Shown here one piece after another: positions 48,342 through 58,760 of a stretch of 64,000 bases of DNA. Under the pieces are notes generated by a model that had not been told where the DNA came from, ran no database searches, and saw nothing but the letters and a program-made list of their open reading frames with translations. The translations under genes and the position numbers were made by a program. Origin of the DNA: Thermoplasmata archaeon (GTDB lineage Archaea > Thermoplasmatota > Thermoplasmata > Thermoplasmatales > GCA-001856825); the NCBI GenBank assembly GCA_021792255.1, contig JAJYUZ010000001.1, positions 416,001-480,000 on the forward strand, in the 5' to 3' direction. Numbering within the stretch: position 1 is the first letter of the stretch; every line of letters starts with the position of its first letter.

Positions 48342-49586
48342 ATGAGCACATCTTCAGGGAAGGACAGATGGTTTCTGTCCTACTTCCCAATGAACACTTC
48401 TTCAGGCATCATTAGCCCATTAGCTCCACTTTTCATCACAGAACTTCTCGCGGGCGGAATCGTAGATTATTCGGTATACGTCATTGCTTCATCGATCGCG
48501 ACCATTTTGGGCCTATTCGTTTGGGGCAGCCTTTCCGATAAGTTGGGAAAGAGACGAATCTTCGTGCTCATAGCATTTGTCTCGTTAGCCGTGACTTCCG
48601 TTATGCTAGCTATTTCGTTCAACACAGAGTACTTCATCTCCGTATCATTCTTATCAGGATTTTTTGGTAGCGCAGCGACCCCTGTCTCGTCCATCCTAAT
48701 AATGGAACTTACGGAGAGAAGGGACTGGGCGATGAAGATATCAAAATTCTCCCAGTACAACAGCTATGGAAACATAGCTGGAGTAATCTTTGCTTCAGTT
48801 TTCACCGGGGCATTCCCGAAGGCATTTCTGTTGAGATATCTGTACCTGTTCGCCTTTGCATTTTACGTAATATCAGCAGTACTTGGTTACATGTACATCC
48901 CAGAGAGCTCGACGAGGATCAACAGGGACGAAGTCCCGATCAGGACGTTTAGAGTGATTGAAAGGGTCAGATACATTCCTTCGCAGATAATCCACTTCAA
49001 TTTCCATTTCAGGGAGCTTGCCAGTGATCTGAAATTCATTATCATAGGGTTCATGATAATGATGACCGGATTTCAGCTATTTTTCGTTGCATTCCCCATA
49101 ATGTTGAGATCACTCGATGTGACGTCATCGGTATATTTCCTCATCTATCTCGGAAATTACCTCTTTGGTGCAATATCGTTCGGATTTTCTGGACAGACTT
49201 GCCTAAGATACGGAAACAGGAAAGTCGCTACAATGGCAGTCATCGCGAGGATATTCATCTTCCCCTCAGTGATAGCACTCGTTGCACTCGGTATGACCCA
49301 TCGTCCACTGCTTTTCGTAGGATTGCTGCTCGTCTATTCGGTGCTGGGGGCACTCTGGTCCTTCATTTCAGTCGGAACCGGTACAATGGTCTCAAATCTG
49401 TCCAAGCCCGAGGAGAGAGGAAGAGTTAGTGGGACGTACAACGCTGTCCAAAGCTTTGGAGCGGTCATCGGTTCTGCACTGGCAGGAGTAATTGTTAGCA
49501 GTGTAGGCTACTCTCCCGATTATCTCATAGCTTCTGGAATTGTCGTTGCTGGTCTCCTGATATTTCTGCGAGAACGGTCAAAGTGA
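48342..49586 (+). CDS. MFS transporter
   Basis: 12 TM, WGSLSDKLGKRR motif A, ERGRVSG. Confidence 0.88.
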   Translation: MSTSSGKDRWFLSYFPMNTSSGIISPLAPLFITELLAGGIVDYSVYVIASSIATILGLFVWGSLSDKLGKRRIFVLIAFVSLAVTSVMLAISFNTEYFISVSFLSGFFGSAATPVSSILIMELTERRDWAMKISKFSQYNSYGNIAGVIFASVFTGAFPKAFLLRYLYLFAFAFYVISAVLGYMYIPESSTRINRDEVPIRTFRVIERVRYIPSQIIHFNFHFRELASDLKFIIIGFMIMMTGFQLFFVAFPIMLRSLDVTSSVYFLIYLGNYLFGAISFGFSGQTCLRYGNRKVATMAVIARIFIFPSVIALVALGMTHRPLLFVGLLLVYSVLGALWSFISVGTGTMVSNLSKPEERGRVSGTYNAVQSFGAVIGSALAGVIVSSVGYSPDYLIASGIVVAGLLIFLRERSK

Positions 49587-50219
49587 TTGTTCCATTTTCA
49601 CTATTTTTCCGTTAGTGAAAATGGGGATCACTTCGGTTGTGTCCTGTTGCAGACAAAAATCAAGATCTGCATCGAATTTGTGTTTCTTTAGAAGAGCCGC
49701 CCCGTTTCCAATTCTAGCCCTGTTGATATTGACATCGATGTTAGAGCCTGGTTCGAAAATTTTCTTGGTAAGAGCGTAGGCAAACTCGTTGTCTTCTGTA
49801 GAGACTCCGTTCCTCAGGTTCGCCGGAAAGATGTGAACTTCCTTGTTCCTTAGGTGCCTCGATAGAGAGGTAATGTTTAGAAATGATCCGATAAGAGTTC
49901 CTTCTCCAGCCCTCAGAATTGCGCCGGATCCATTAGTTGTCTTAAGGACTATCCTTGCGCCTTCAAGGTCCAGTTCAGAGGTCTGAGTAGGGGAATTGCC
50001 GTACTCGAACCCATCGATCGGCAAAAGATCGTTTTCACCAAAGAGAAGATATCCCTCCTTCTTTAGCGAGTAAGCCGTGTTTACTTCACTGACAGGTACG
50101 ATTTCTTTCGCTCCCTTCTTGATCATCGTTACGATATTTGAGGTAGCCCTGAAGATGTCTGCAACTACCGGTGTCCCATAGACGTTCCGAATATACCTGC
50201 CATCCGTAATTCTAATCAT
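49578..50219 (-). CDS. comB: 2-phosphosulfolactate phosphatase (ComB) family
   Basis: DIFRATS, GE, GNSP, TTNGS, GSFLN, ED. Confidence 0.82.
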   Translation of the reverse strand: MIRITDGRYIRNVYGTPVVADIFRATSNIVTMIKKGAKEIVPVSEVNTAYSLKKEGYLLFGENDLLPIDGFEYGNSPTQTSELDLEGARIVLKTTNGSGAILRAGEGTLIGSFLNITSLSRHLRNKEVHIFPANLRNGVSTEDNEFAYALTKKIFEPGSNIDVNINRARIGNGAALLKKHKFDADLDFCLQQDTTEVIPIFTNGKIVKMEQSL

Positions 50220-50578
50220 TGAACCATTTCCAGTTTTATTTCGATGCCCTCGTTATTGAAGGCTCTCCAGGAATACAGGTTGAATGGATATCCCACGATG
50301 ATGTGAACGTTCCCGAATTTTGAATAAAGGCTTCTATCATCGTTGCTCGGATGTATGACCCCCGACGGGTGCGAATGAATTGTTCCTACGTACCCGAGAT
50401 CTATTGGCCTGTTCCAAAGCTGCATTATAGCACTTCTGTCGCCTGAGATCGTTCCCGGTAGGAGGGCGATTTCATATATTATATCCTTCTTCGCCTTGAG
50501 GATGGCTGCGAATTCGTTTGGAAGAGAGTCTTTGCTGCTCTCCATAACGAGCTCGATGACCCCCCTCCGTATCTTCAT
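50216..50578 (-). CDS. JAMM/MPN+ (Mov34) metalloprotease
   Basis: PNEF...HSHPSG...PS..D motif. Confidence 0.88.
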   Translation of the reverse strand: MKIRRGVIELVMESSKDSLPNEFAAILKAKKDIIYEIALLPGTISGDRSAIMQLWNRPIDLGYVGTIHSHPSGVIHPSNDDRSLYSKFGNVHIIVGYPFNLYSWRAFNNEGIEIKLEMVQ

Positions 50579-51381
50579 GACATTTTCTCCCTGGTATTCT
50601 TGTAAAAGTCTGAATTGAATCTTATGAATCTTGCAGGATATTCGCTTTCTGTGAACGAAATCTCATCGTGGAACCCGACTTCTATTCCCTCCTGCCCATC
50701 GAGAGTGAGCATTATGTTTCTTCCTTTGTCAAGGGCTACCGCCCTGATTGTGGACTGAGATGGGACCACCATGCTTCGCGCACTGAGGCTGAAAGGGGCC
50801 ATGTATGAGATTATGAATGCCTTTACCTTCGGGTCCAGGATCGGTCCCCCGACGCTAAGCGAATATGAAGTGGAACCAGTTGGGGAGGCAATGATTATAC
50901 CATCCGCCCTGATGTTGTGAATGAAGTCGTCGTCGAGATAGATTCCAAACCATCTGATCTTGGAAATGATCATCGTCTTTAACACTGCCTCGTTCAGCGA
51001 GTCTGGCAATCTCTTCGAGTTCACCGTGGTCTTTATTCTCGCCCGCTCTTCAATCTTGTAATCTCCTCTCAGGAACTTGTTCAAGCACTCTAGGGCCGTC
51101 CTGGAATCGGCCTCAGCAAGGAATGCAAGACTGCTAACATTTACCGGTAGGACCGGAAGTTTCGTCTTCTGAATGGTCCAGAGGGCAGTACCATCCCCTC
51201 CGACCGTGACTATTGCATCTGCTTTTATCTTTTCTATCCTTTCCCCGTCCATTTTCAAATCCTTCGACGTTCCCAATTCAACTACAAAATCGTGGCCATT
51301 CTCTGTCAGAAAATTGGAAAGGAATCTGATGACCTCAGCGCATTTGGGGCACTCCGGCTTTGAAACGAACCCTATCTTCAT
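50575..51381 (-). CDS. ppnK: NAD(+) kinase
   Basis: GGDGT, LNE, ADGIIIASPTGSTSYSLSVGGP. Confidence 0.93.
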   Translation of the reverse strand: MKIGFVSKPECPKCAEVIRFLSNFLTENGHDFVVELGTSKDLKMDGERIEKIKADAIVTVGGDGTALWTIQKTKLPVLPVNVSSLAFLAEADSRTALECLNKFLRGDYKIEERARIKTTVNSKRLPDSLNEAVLKTMIISKIRWFGIYLDDDFIHNIRADGIIIASPTGSTSYSLSVGGPILDPKVKAFIISYMAPFSLSARSMVVPSQSTIRAVALDKGRNIMLTLDGQEGIEVGFHDEISFTESEYPARFIRFNSDFYKNTREKMS

Positions 51382-51535
51382 GCCTAGTGCACCTCCTTTG
51401 GCAGAAAAGCAGACGCAAGGATGCTATTCATTATCGGGTAGGAATCATTACCAAATATATAAAAAATACAGAAAGAAGGATACATCGAGAACTGCACCAT
51501 AAAATAGAAATTTCCGTAACATCTGGAGAAATTGC

Positions 51536-53617
51536 ATGAAATTAGGGAGGCGGGATACCGCTATTATCATCTCCATAATCGTAGCCGGGGTAGCGATAAG
51601 ACTCTTCCCTAACGTTCTTAATTACGCCTGGGGGAACGACTACGGCATCTACTACTATCTCAGTCAGGCATTCCTAAGCGGCAGGGCCCTTGCCTATCCG
51701 CCAAATTCTCCTTGGGGCACAGATGGCTACCAGTATTTTCCAGTTACTTACATAATCGTCGATATAGTCCACTACGTGACACACGTCCCGATTGCGGTAG
51801 CTCTTGACTACTCCATCCCCTTCCTTGGGGGACTGACACCATTCCTAATCTACATGATATCGAGGGAGATCGGCTTTGACAGGAACATCTCTGCTTTGGC
51901 CGGATTTCTGCTGGTCGTAAGTCCTGTTCAGCTGTACCAGACTTCTCAACCCAACTACCTGACGACGGGCCATTTCTTTCTCCTGCTCTCCATCTACTTC
52001 TTTCTGGCATACCACCGGAAGAGAATATTTGCAGTACCCATGGCAATCTCTGTGGTCCTCCTGGTGCTGTCACATCAACTTTCGACCTACTTTTTCCTGA
52101 TCGCAATCATTGGAATGGTCTTCTCCGTAAATCTTCTCAGCACCAAATGGAAACCCAGACTGATTGCGGATATGCTGACCATAGAACTCTCTGGTACGCT
52201 CATGATTTCGTACCTTCTCCTGAGAGTACCGAACATGGTGTCATTCTTTTCGAAGGCCGTGCACGGTCTGGGGTATGGTGCAGTCATAACGCTCTTTTAC
52301 GCTCTAGTCCTTGGGATGTACTTCATCCTAAGGAAGATCAACTCTACGAACGTCAGAGAGAGGACGATCAAGATCATAGAGAAAATGAAACTGGAAATTG
52401 CACCTAGAAGGGATGTGACTCTCGTTTTTGTGGCCTCGTTGACGCTTATAGGGATTTTTTTTATCCTGAGTCTCATTGGTTTCATTCCAAAGTACATAAC
52501 GTACGAGGTTTTGCTGATCTCTCTCCCGTTCATAATATTCATCTCCATTTCCGTGGTCGGAGTCAAGTATTTCCTCGTTGAAAACAACATTTCCGAGGTC
52601 TTTGGATGGACCATGGCGATCATATTCTCGATGGTCTACAGTTTCCTCTCAAAAAATACCGTCCTGATACCAGCTAGATCCATTGAATACCTTTCGGAAC
52701 CCTTCTGTATTGTTGCCGGTTATGTCTTGATAAAGTGGTATCAGTACTTCCGGTCCCATAAGAAAATAAGGGCAGTCAGAGTCGGGCAGGTATACGGAGG
52801 TGCAGCAACAGTCTCCTCACCCATTGCGATAAACACTCCAGCGGGAATCAACGTGATAACTATGCCGAGGACGAGAACTGTGAACACCATAAAGCATTAC
52901 ACCTACACGGTCAGGAGACCCGTCGAAAATATCATTGTCATAGCGGCTATTTCCCTGGTTCTCCTGATGGGAGTTGCGAGCTATCCGATGGTCTCAGACT
53001 TCGTGCCTTCCCACACGGAGGCGATCACGCTTGAGGACAATTCCACCATTCAGTACCTCGTTCAGACGGGGAACACGAGCCTCTCTGTTGCAACCGATCA
53101 TCAGATAGGGATACTCCTCTATTCATACGGATACAGCTCACCCTTCAACAACATCTCGGTCCTCTGGAATTCTACGAGCTGGTTTGGTGCCATAGGCGAA
53201 ATAACCGGAGATAACGGTTCCTATGCTCCGCTTGGTTACGTATTCCTGAACTCATACATGCTGAGGTACGGCGTCTGGGGGTTCAATAGTTCCCAGAATC
53301 CTAACGAGGCTGCAATAATGGTGAATGGTTCGGCATTCACGAAGTTCTTCGAACCTCCGTTCGAACTCGTTTATGAAAACAGTTCCACGACTGTCAACAG
53401 TACGACCTATCTGTTCGAACTGAACTGGACTTATCTCGGAGACAGGGGATACAACCTCGCGTTCTACGAGGGTCTCTACCAAAGCAAAAGTATCAGGGCC
53501 TCTGCTATCCCACTTTCTCCCACTTCTCAAGCTTCTGAACTGACGAAAGAGTACTCCCTCTCTTTATCTCTTCTCTTAACCTATTCTCTCTCTCAGCCAC
53601 GTCCACGGCTCTATTAG
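51536..53617 (+). CDS. Large polytopic membrane protein, possibly GT-C-fold glycosyltransferase
   Basis: TM1 followed by GNDYGIYY loop, many TM helices, HQLS motif, extracellular C-terminal domain rich in NxS/T sequons. Confidence 0.5.
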   Translation: MKLGRRDTAIIISIIVAGVAIRLFPNVLNYAWGNDYGIYYYLSQAFLSGRALAYPPNSPWGTDGYQYFPVTYIIVDIVHYVTHVPIAVALDYSIPFLGGLTPFLIYMISREIGFDRNISALAGFLLVVSPVQLYQTSQPNYLTTGHFFLLLSIYFFLAYHRKRIFAVPMAISVVLLVLSHQLSTYFFLIAIIGMVFSVNLLSTKWKPRLIADMLTIELSGTLMISYLLLRVPNMVSFFSKAVHGLGYGAVITLFYALVLGMYFILRKINSTNVRERTIKIIEKMKLEIAPRRDVTLVFVASLTLIGIFFILSLIGFIPKYITYEVLLISLPFIIFISISVVGVKYFLVENNISEVFGWTMAIIFSMVYSFLSKNTVLIPARSIEYLSEPFCIVAGYVLIKWYQYFRSHKKIRAVRVGQVYGGAATVSSPIAINTPAGINVITMPRTRTVNTIKHYTYTVRRPVENIIVIAAISLVLLMGVASYPMVSDFVPSHTEAITLEDNSTIQYLVQTGNTSLSVATDHQIGILLYSYGYSSPFNNISVLWNSTSWFGAIGEITGDNGSYAPLGYVFLNSYMLRYGVWGFNSSQNPNEAAIMVNGSAFTKFFEPPFELVYENSSTTVNSTTYLFELNWTYLGDRGYNLAFYEGLYQSKSIRASAIPLSPTSQASELTKEYSLSLSLLLTYSLSQPRPRLY

Positions 53618-54797
53618 CGATCTCCTGAGCTTGCTCCTCTGGAATCACCACTACGCCGGAATAATCCGCGATTATGTAGTCTCCCGTTCTTATCTTCCTT
53701 CCGCTGATTTCTATCTCGCTACCAATTTCACCAAAACCTTTTGGATCTCCGGCATTGGAAGAAACGTATCTGGAAAACGCCGGAAAAGGAATATTTATTA
53801 TTGTATCCAAGTCCCTTATTGCTCCCCAGATTACGACCCCCCTGACCCTCTTAGTGACTGCACTCCAAGACGCCAGCTCTCCCCATATAGCATCCTCTCC
53901 CCCATCGGCGTCAATGACTATTATGTCCCCTTCCTTTGCGTGATCTATCGCCTCTACTGGCTTTGCCCAGTCACCGTTCACCGTCTTGACTGTCAACGCT
54001 CTTCCCACTATCTTTGTTCCTGGCTTGATCCTAGGAATTATTCCGTGAATTGCTCCTTCCCTGTGCATAGCATCGGAAACGTTGCACGAAGAAACGGTCG
54101 ATAGTGCTTCGATGATCTCGTTCTTGGAATATTTCTTGTACATCTCCCCGTGTTCTGCCACTCCAGTTGCCATAACTCTCTTTATCGATGCAGTCTCCTC
54201 GGTGACGTTCGGAGCCTTGGTTATCGCTCCACCAACGATTATGATCGAGGCTCCTCTCTTGATAACTTCTGGTATGGATTCCTTGTTCAGTCCCCCCGCC
54301 ACAGCTACTGGTACTTTAGTCACTGCAACCACTTTCTCGAGAATCTTTAAGGGGTTCTTGCCTATCATCTGCATGTCTATTCCAACGTGTTCGCAAAAAT
54401 ATTTTACTCCCAATTTTTCGAGCTGCCCTACCCTCTCTTCGACGTTTTCCACCTGAAGAAGGTCGATCATTATTTCTGCGCCATACTTCTTTCCGGCCTT
54501 TACTGCCTCCGTGATGGTAGGGTCGTCACTTATACCGAGTATGGTAACTACCTGAGCTCCGCTCTTTGCCGCGAGTTCGGTCTCAAATCCTCCGACGTCA
54601 GCAGTTTTCATGTCCGCGACGATTATCTTGTTTGGGAAATTTTTCTTTATTTCCCTTATTGCCTGCATCCCCTCGCTCTTTATCAGAGGGGTTCCCACCT
54701 CAATCCAGTCTGCTCCACCTTCTACCGCTTCCTTTGCCACCTGTAGCGCTCTGTGAAGATTCTCAAAATCCAAGGCTACCTGAAGAACAGGTTCCAT
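53505..54797 (-). CDS. hps: Bifunctional 3-hexulose-6-phosphate synthase / RraA-like fusion
   Basis: LQVALD, IEVGTPLIKSEG, ADMKTAD, HVGID; C-terminal NVSDAM, GDWAKP, WGELAS, GAIRD, GDYIIAD. Confidence 0.9.
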   Translation of the reverse strand: MEPVLQVALDFENLHRALQVAKEAVEGGADWIEVGTPLIKSEGMQAIREIKKNFPNKIIVADMKTADVGGFETELAAKSGAQVVTILGISDDPTITEAVKAGKKYGAEIMIDLLQVENVEERVGQLEKLGVKYFCEHVGIDMQMIGKNPLKILEKVVAVTKVPVAVAGGLNKESIPEVIKRGASIIIVGGAITKAPNVTEETASIKRVMATGVAEHGEMYKKYSKNEIIEALSTVSSCNVSDAMHREGAIHGIIPRIKPGTKIVGRALTVKTVNGDWAKPVEAIDHAKEGDIIVIDADGGEDAIWGELASWSAVTKRVRGVVIWGAIRDLDTIINIPFPAFSRYVSSNAGDPKGFGEIGSEIEISGRKIRTGDYIIADYSGVVVIPEEQAQEIANRAVDVAERENRLREEIKRGSTLSSVQKLEKWEKVG

Positions 54798-54974
54798 AAT
54801 ATCGCCGTTTAAAATTGAGAATAACTACTTTAAGTTATCATGCAATCGGGACCTAACTTGTAGTTCCGAATCTTTTGTTTTAAAACTACAGAAGAGCATC
54901 AAAAGATATGCCCACTTCTGTCACAGATCTGATTGAGAAAAAGTTTGAGCTCCGTATAAGCATTAAGGCTCACA

Positions 54975-55030
54975 TCAATGATTGATTGTAACGCGCACAA
55001 GCGTTAGAGGTCTGAAACCCACTCTGATCC
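54975..55030 (+). ncRNA. Candidate C/D-box guide sRNA
   Basis: Box C-like ATGATTGA at 54978 and box D CTGA at 55024, about 50 nt; intergenic, next to nop5. Confidence 0.35.
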
Positions 55031-55061
55031 TTCCGATATCTGTGGTGCTGATCCAGGAGGA

Positions 55062-55859
55062 TCAATTCTTCGTGTTCTTCCTTATTTCTTCAATTCTCTT
55101 CTTAAGTTTTACATCAGATTCCGATGCAATTCCGACAAGATCTGCCCTTGCGGCCTTCACTATCGCATTCGAGTACGCTCTCGATATTCTTCCTGAACTC
55201 CCCCTTGGCGCTTTGTATATGTCTGGAATCTCATAAATCAGGCCGTGTTTCGGTGGCGTACCTCGTCCCTTCCTGAACCTGAAGAATGCCTTTTCTGCAC
55301 CTATTATCTGCACCGTGCTCGCCGAACTAAGTGCCAGATTTCTGATTCCTCTAAATGACTTTAGCAGTCTTGCGGCAACCTTGTAACCAACGACCTTCTT
55401 TAGGTTTGGAGCTGCCCTCTCGACGTACTCATCCAGGGACTCTTCCAGCTCTTTGCTAAACCCCCTCACCTCAGTAAGTATCTTTCCAAGCTGATCCGAA
55501 AAGTCGCTCTTTACAGAGGTCGCATACTTCATGAAGACGGAAGTTTCTTCGGTTTTCTGCTCCAGAAAGTTCTCGAACTTTTCCATTTCGTCTAGAGTCG
55601 TGATTATTTTTTCGATTAACTGATCTTCAGTCAACTTTGTGGAAAGCAGTTTTTTGTTAAGTAGCTCGAGACTTTCCCTTAGAACGGTATAGTCAACACC
55701 TTTCTTGTTGAACTTAGAAGAAAGGGAAACCGATTCACCGTTGTAGTCCGCTTTTCCATTTTGGATTATGTCTATATAGATTGTTGCAAACTCTTCCCTT
55801 GTCAAAGGATATTCCTTTCCCTCTCCCTTGAGTTTGTCGACCGAAACCAGATAAAGCAT
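55062..55859 (-). CDS. nop5: Nop5/Nop56 C/D-box sRNP protein
   Basis: APNL..VVG..VAARLL, ASTVQIIGAEKAFFR, PPKHGLIY, GRISR, ARAD. Confidence 0.9.
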   Translation of the reverse strand: MLYLVSVDKLKGEGKEYPLTREEFATIYIDIIQNGKADYNGESVSLSSKFNKKGVDYTVLRESLELLNKKLLSTKLTEDQLIEKIITTLDEMEKFENFLEQKTEETSVFMKYATSVKSDFSDQLGKILTEVRGFSKELEESLDEYVERAAPNLKKVVGYKVAARLLKSFRGIRNLALSSASTVQIIGAEKAFFRFRKGRGTPPKHGLIYEIPDIYKAPRGSSGRISRAYSNAIVKAARADLVGIASESDVKLKKRIEEIRKNTKN

Positions 55860-55914
55860 TATTCATTGAAAAATGGCAAAGATAAATACTTTCGTGAGTG
55901 TTTGTGTGTTTTCA

Positions 55915-56035
55915 TAGATGAGAACGGCGGATTGAGGAACGGATTCTATGGACGGAAAATGAAGACGAGGTTTGGGGAGATAGACGACCTCACCGTTCCC
56001 AGTGACAAGGAAGGGATATTCAGATTTGCCGCTTA
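55915..56035 (+). mobile_element. IS256-family transposase remnant
   Basis: RNGFYGRKMKTRFGEIDDLTVPSDKEGIF matches the IS256 N-terminal RNG.Y.R...TR.G.I..L.VPRDR.G.F motif; remainder absent. Confidence 0.75.
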
Positions 56036-56626
56036 TCCGACGGTCGCGTGGGTTTTTTCACCTGGTACGTCCACAAGGGACTTGGTATCTTTGTTGTGAT
56101 CAGTGGTACTGATCCGAACACAGGTCTGCCTATCATACTGATTCCTTGGCTTTCCTTTTGATTATTAGGTCAAAAAATCGCGTTCGAAACTATGGCGTCG
56201 CTCTCTACGAGAGAAAGGAAAATTTGGAATAAGAAAGAGAATTGGTTGTCACAAAATGGTGCGCTTATTACAGTTTAAATCAGAGAAGACATATGCACTG
56301 AAAGATTAGAAACAGATTTGGTTCAATTAAAGAGTTCTTTCTACCGTGTTTCCAAGGTTCTACTCTCTCACAGAGCTTCCGGAGAAAGTATTCCACGAGG
56401 CCGTAAAATAAGTAGTTCCTCTTGACCAAAGGGCCCCGAACTGAAGGTGTAACAAAAGTCCCAACCCCGCACAATAATAACGATTGAATACAGGAAGTAG
56501 TTCGAGACCACAAAGTCCTGTCCTTATATTCAACTGGTCACATGATGATACAAGACTGTCATTTATAGAGGTATGAATTCTTTACTAAAAGTAAAGATAT
56601 AATACCACAATTCCATATATTATAAG

Positions 56627-56854
56627 ATGGTAAAGAAAGGGACTATAAGTTCGAAGGGACAGATTACGTTGCCCAAAGTGTTGAGAGAAAAATACCATTT
56701 CAATGCTGGGGAGACAGTTGTGATGCTTGATTCTGGAGACGGTATTTTGATAAAGCACCCCCGAGAATCGCTTCGTGGACTTCTGAAAGAAGAAATTGAT
56801 ATTGACAAATTTGAAAAAGAATTAAAGAAACTTCGAAAAGAGTGGACAACATGA
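56627..56854 (+). CDS. vapB: AbrB/MazE-type antitoxin (VapB)
   Basis: ISSKGQITLPKVLREK AbrB motif; ATGA overlap with the PIN gene. Confidence 0.88.
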   Translation: MVKKGTISSKGQITLPKVLREKYHFNAGETVVMLDSGDGILIKHPRESLRGLLKEEIDIDKFEKELKKLRKEWTT

Positions 56855-57252
56855 CGGACTTCCTCATGGATACAGTTGCGCTTGTTCACTATCTTGAAGA
56901 TAATTTGCCACGCTCGGCTGAGTCTGCAGTTGATCAGGCAGAAAGAGGAAAGGGATCTCTGCTTCTACCTCAAATAGTCTTGGGTGAGTTCATCTATATC
57001 ACACTAAAAGGTCGATTAAACATCCCAAATCCTATTAGTTCAATCGGACAGATTATAGATCAACTCAGAGGCTCTCCACTATTTTCAATTTCGTCCATGC
57101 CCCTGGAAGCATGGGATATCTTTACGCAACTAAAGGTTCCTGAATTACACGATCGCATGATTGCGGCAGAAGCTTTGGCGAGAGATCTTCCCGTAATTTC
57201 AAATGATCCGTCATTGGCTTCTGTAAAGGATCTTAAGATAATCTGGAAATAA
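56851..57252 (+). CDS. vapC: PIN-domain toxin (VapC)
   Basis: LMDT, E, HDRMIAA, SND acidic tetrad. Confidence 0.88.
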   Translation: MTDFLMDTVALVHYLEDNLPRSAESAVDQAERGKGSLLLPQIVLGEFIYITLKGRLNIPNPISSIGQIIDQLRGSPLFSISSMPLEAWDIFTQLKVPELHDRMIAAEALARDLPVISNDPSLASVKDLKIIWK

Positions 57253-57387
57253 TAGGATTTGGTCATTGCAAGCCATTCAACCACTCTTCTACATAGAAAT
57301 TGTTTTACTGGGAAAGAGAATGTTTATCCAGAATTTTGGTCGCAGAGTTCCCTTTCAAGTATATATAACAAATGTGAATTAAGAGAA

Positions 57388-57840
57388 GTGAAAGCACCAG
57401 ACTTTGATTCGTTGTTCAAAGAATTTGAAAGTGAATTGAAAGTTCAAAAAGAGGATATCGCATTGTTTGTGGTTCGATTCCTTAACACGAAGATCCCGCA
57501 CTACAACTGGGTTGGAATCTATATGATAGATGGTGAGAACCTTGTGCTGCGAACTTATTCTGGCCCTAAAGAGACAGAGCATACAAGGATAAAAGTGGGC
57601 GACGGGATATGCGGACTTGCAGCAAAAGAAGAGCTTACGGTGATAGTACCAGACGTTTCAAAGGATTCGAGATATATCGCTTGCTTCCCGGAGACAAAAT
57701 CTGAGTTGGTCGCCCCCATCTTTAAGGAAGGGAAAGTGACTGGTGAAGTAGACATAGACAGTGATTTTGTCAATCCATTCACCAATCAAGACAAACATTT
57801 CCTTGATAGAATAATAAACTTAATAGGGAGAAGGCTATAA
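57388..57840 (+). CDS. msrC: GAF-domain free methionine-R-sulfoxide reductase (fRMsr/MsrC-like)
   Basis: NWVGIY, GDGICG, VPDV, YIAC, SELVAPI, GEVDIDS; probable GTG start 57388. Confidence 0.82.
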   Translation: MKAPDFDSLFKEFESELKVQKEDIALFVVRFLNTKIPHYNWVGIYMIDGENLVLRTYSGPKETEHTRIKVGDGICGLAAKEELTVIVPDVSKDSRYIACFPETKSELVAPIFKEGKVTGEVDIDSDFVNPFTNQDKHFLDRIINLIGRRL

Positions 57841-57899
57841 CTAAAAAAGGGAGATTTGTGACAGTTTCAAGTATTGTTAAGTATTCCACAGGTGGTATA

Positions 57900-58091
57900 A
57901 TGGCGAATAAAAAGTATTCTAAATATGAAAAAGCTAGGATAGTTGGTGCAAGGGCTCTTCAGATTTCCATGGGAGCGCCCATCATCATAGAAATTCCAAA
58001 AGATGTCATAGACCCATTAAAGATTGCTCTCGTCGAGTATGACAACGACGCTATACCGATGACCGTAAAAAGGAAAACTCGGGCGAAGTAG
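57900..58091 (+). CDS. rpoK: RNA polymerase subunit Rpo6 (K)
   Basis: [20 protein letters not shown]. Confidence 0.96.
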   Translation: MANKKYSKYEKARIVGARALQISMGAPIIIEIPKDVIDPLKIALVEYDNDAIPMTVKRKTRAK

Positions 58092-58096
58092 ATTTT

Positions 58097-58480
58097 ATGA
58101 AGAACTGGAGCGGGCACATCATTTTCCCACAAAACTTTGAATGGAAGCAACTCGAGAAAAGCTTCCGGGGAATGATGGAACTCTTCTTCAAGGAAACGAA
58201 CGAGATGGAAGATGAGCCTGATCACAGGGACGTGATCATAATGCTCAACATGCAGGACATAAAGAACAATAGGAAGCCAGAGGGATATACCAGGGAAGGA
58301 AAACTGAGAATGATTTTCCCCCTAGACAAGAAGGAAATTACTATCCTTGCAGGACTGCCAGAAACGTACGTCAGAGACGTATCGGAAGACATAAGCAAGT
58401 ATCTGCTCACAAAGAAAATCAGGCACATTCTGGAATTTGACCAGATGAAGTATACTGCTTACAGAAAGAAAAGAAAGTGA
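58097..58480 (+). CDS. Hypothetical protein, likely co-transcribed with rpoK
   Basis: 127-aa ORF starting 5 bp after rpoK. Confidence 0.7.
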   Translation: MKNWSGHIIFPQNFEWKQLEKSFRGMMELFFKETNEMEDEPDHRDVIIMLNMQDIKNNRKPEGYTREGKLRMIFPLDKKEITILAGLPETYVRDVSEDISKYLLTKKIRHILEFDQMKYTAYRKKRK

Positions 58481-58760
58481 TTAGAACTCTGCGAAGCAAT
58501 AAATTTTTTGCTGTGGCTCTTTACGCATTTATATGAGCCAATATCATCTGGATCATTCCTGAGGGTTTTACCATTCTTATGGTTTAGAGTATATACTTCT
58601 AAGTAATTTATTCAAAATTAAAAGCAAAAGCTGAGCTGACGAAAATACAAGGTGATAAGGAGTTTAGCCTTTTTGTAAAGGAAGTCTCTGGAAAGCCGTC
58701 CGTACCTGCTACACAACTAGCTGATCTATATTGAGAAATCCCGTGATTGTTCTCGATGCA

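Noticed and set aside
53505-54797. HPS-RraA fusion as a novelty
   Set aside because: Known archaeal architecture.
56090-56513. TGATCAGT/ACTGATC hairpin and 77-aa ORF
   Set aside because: No recognisable family or convincing box structure; probably decayed sequence.
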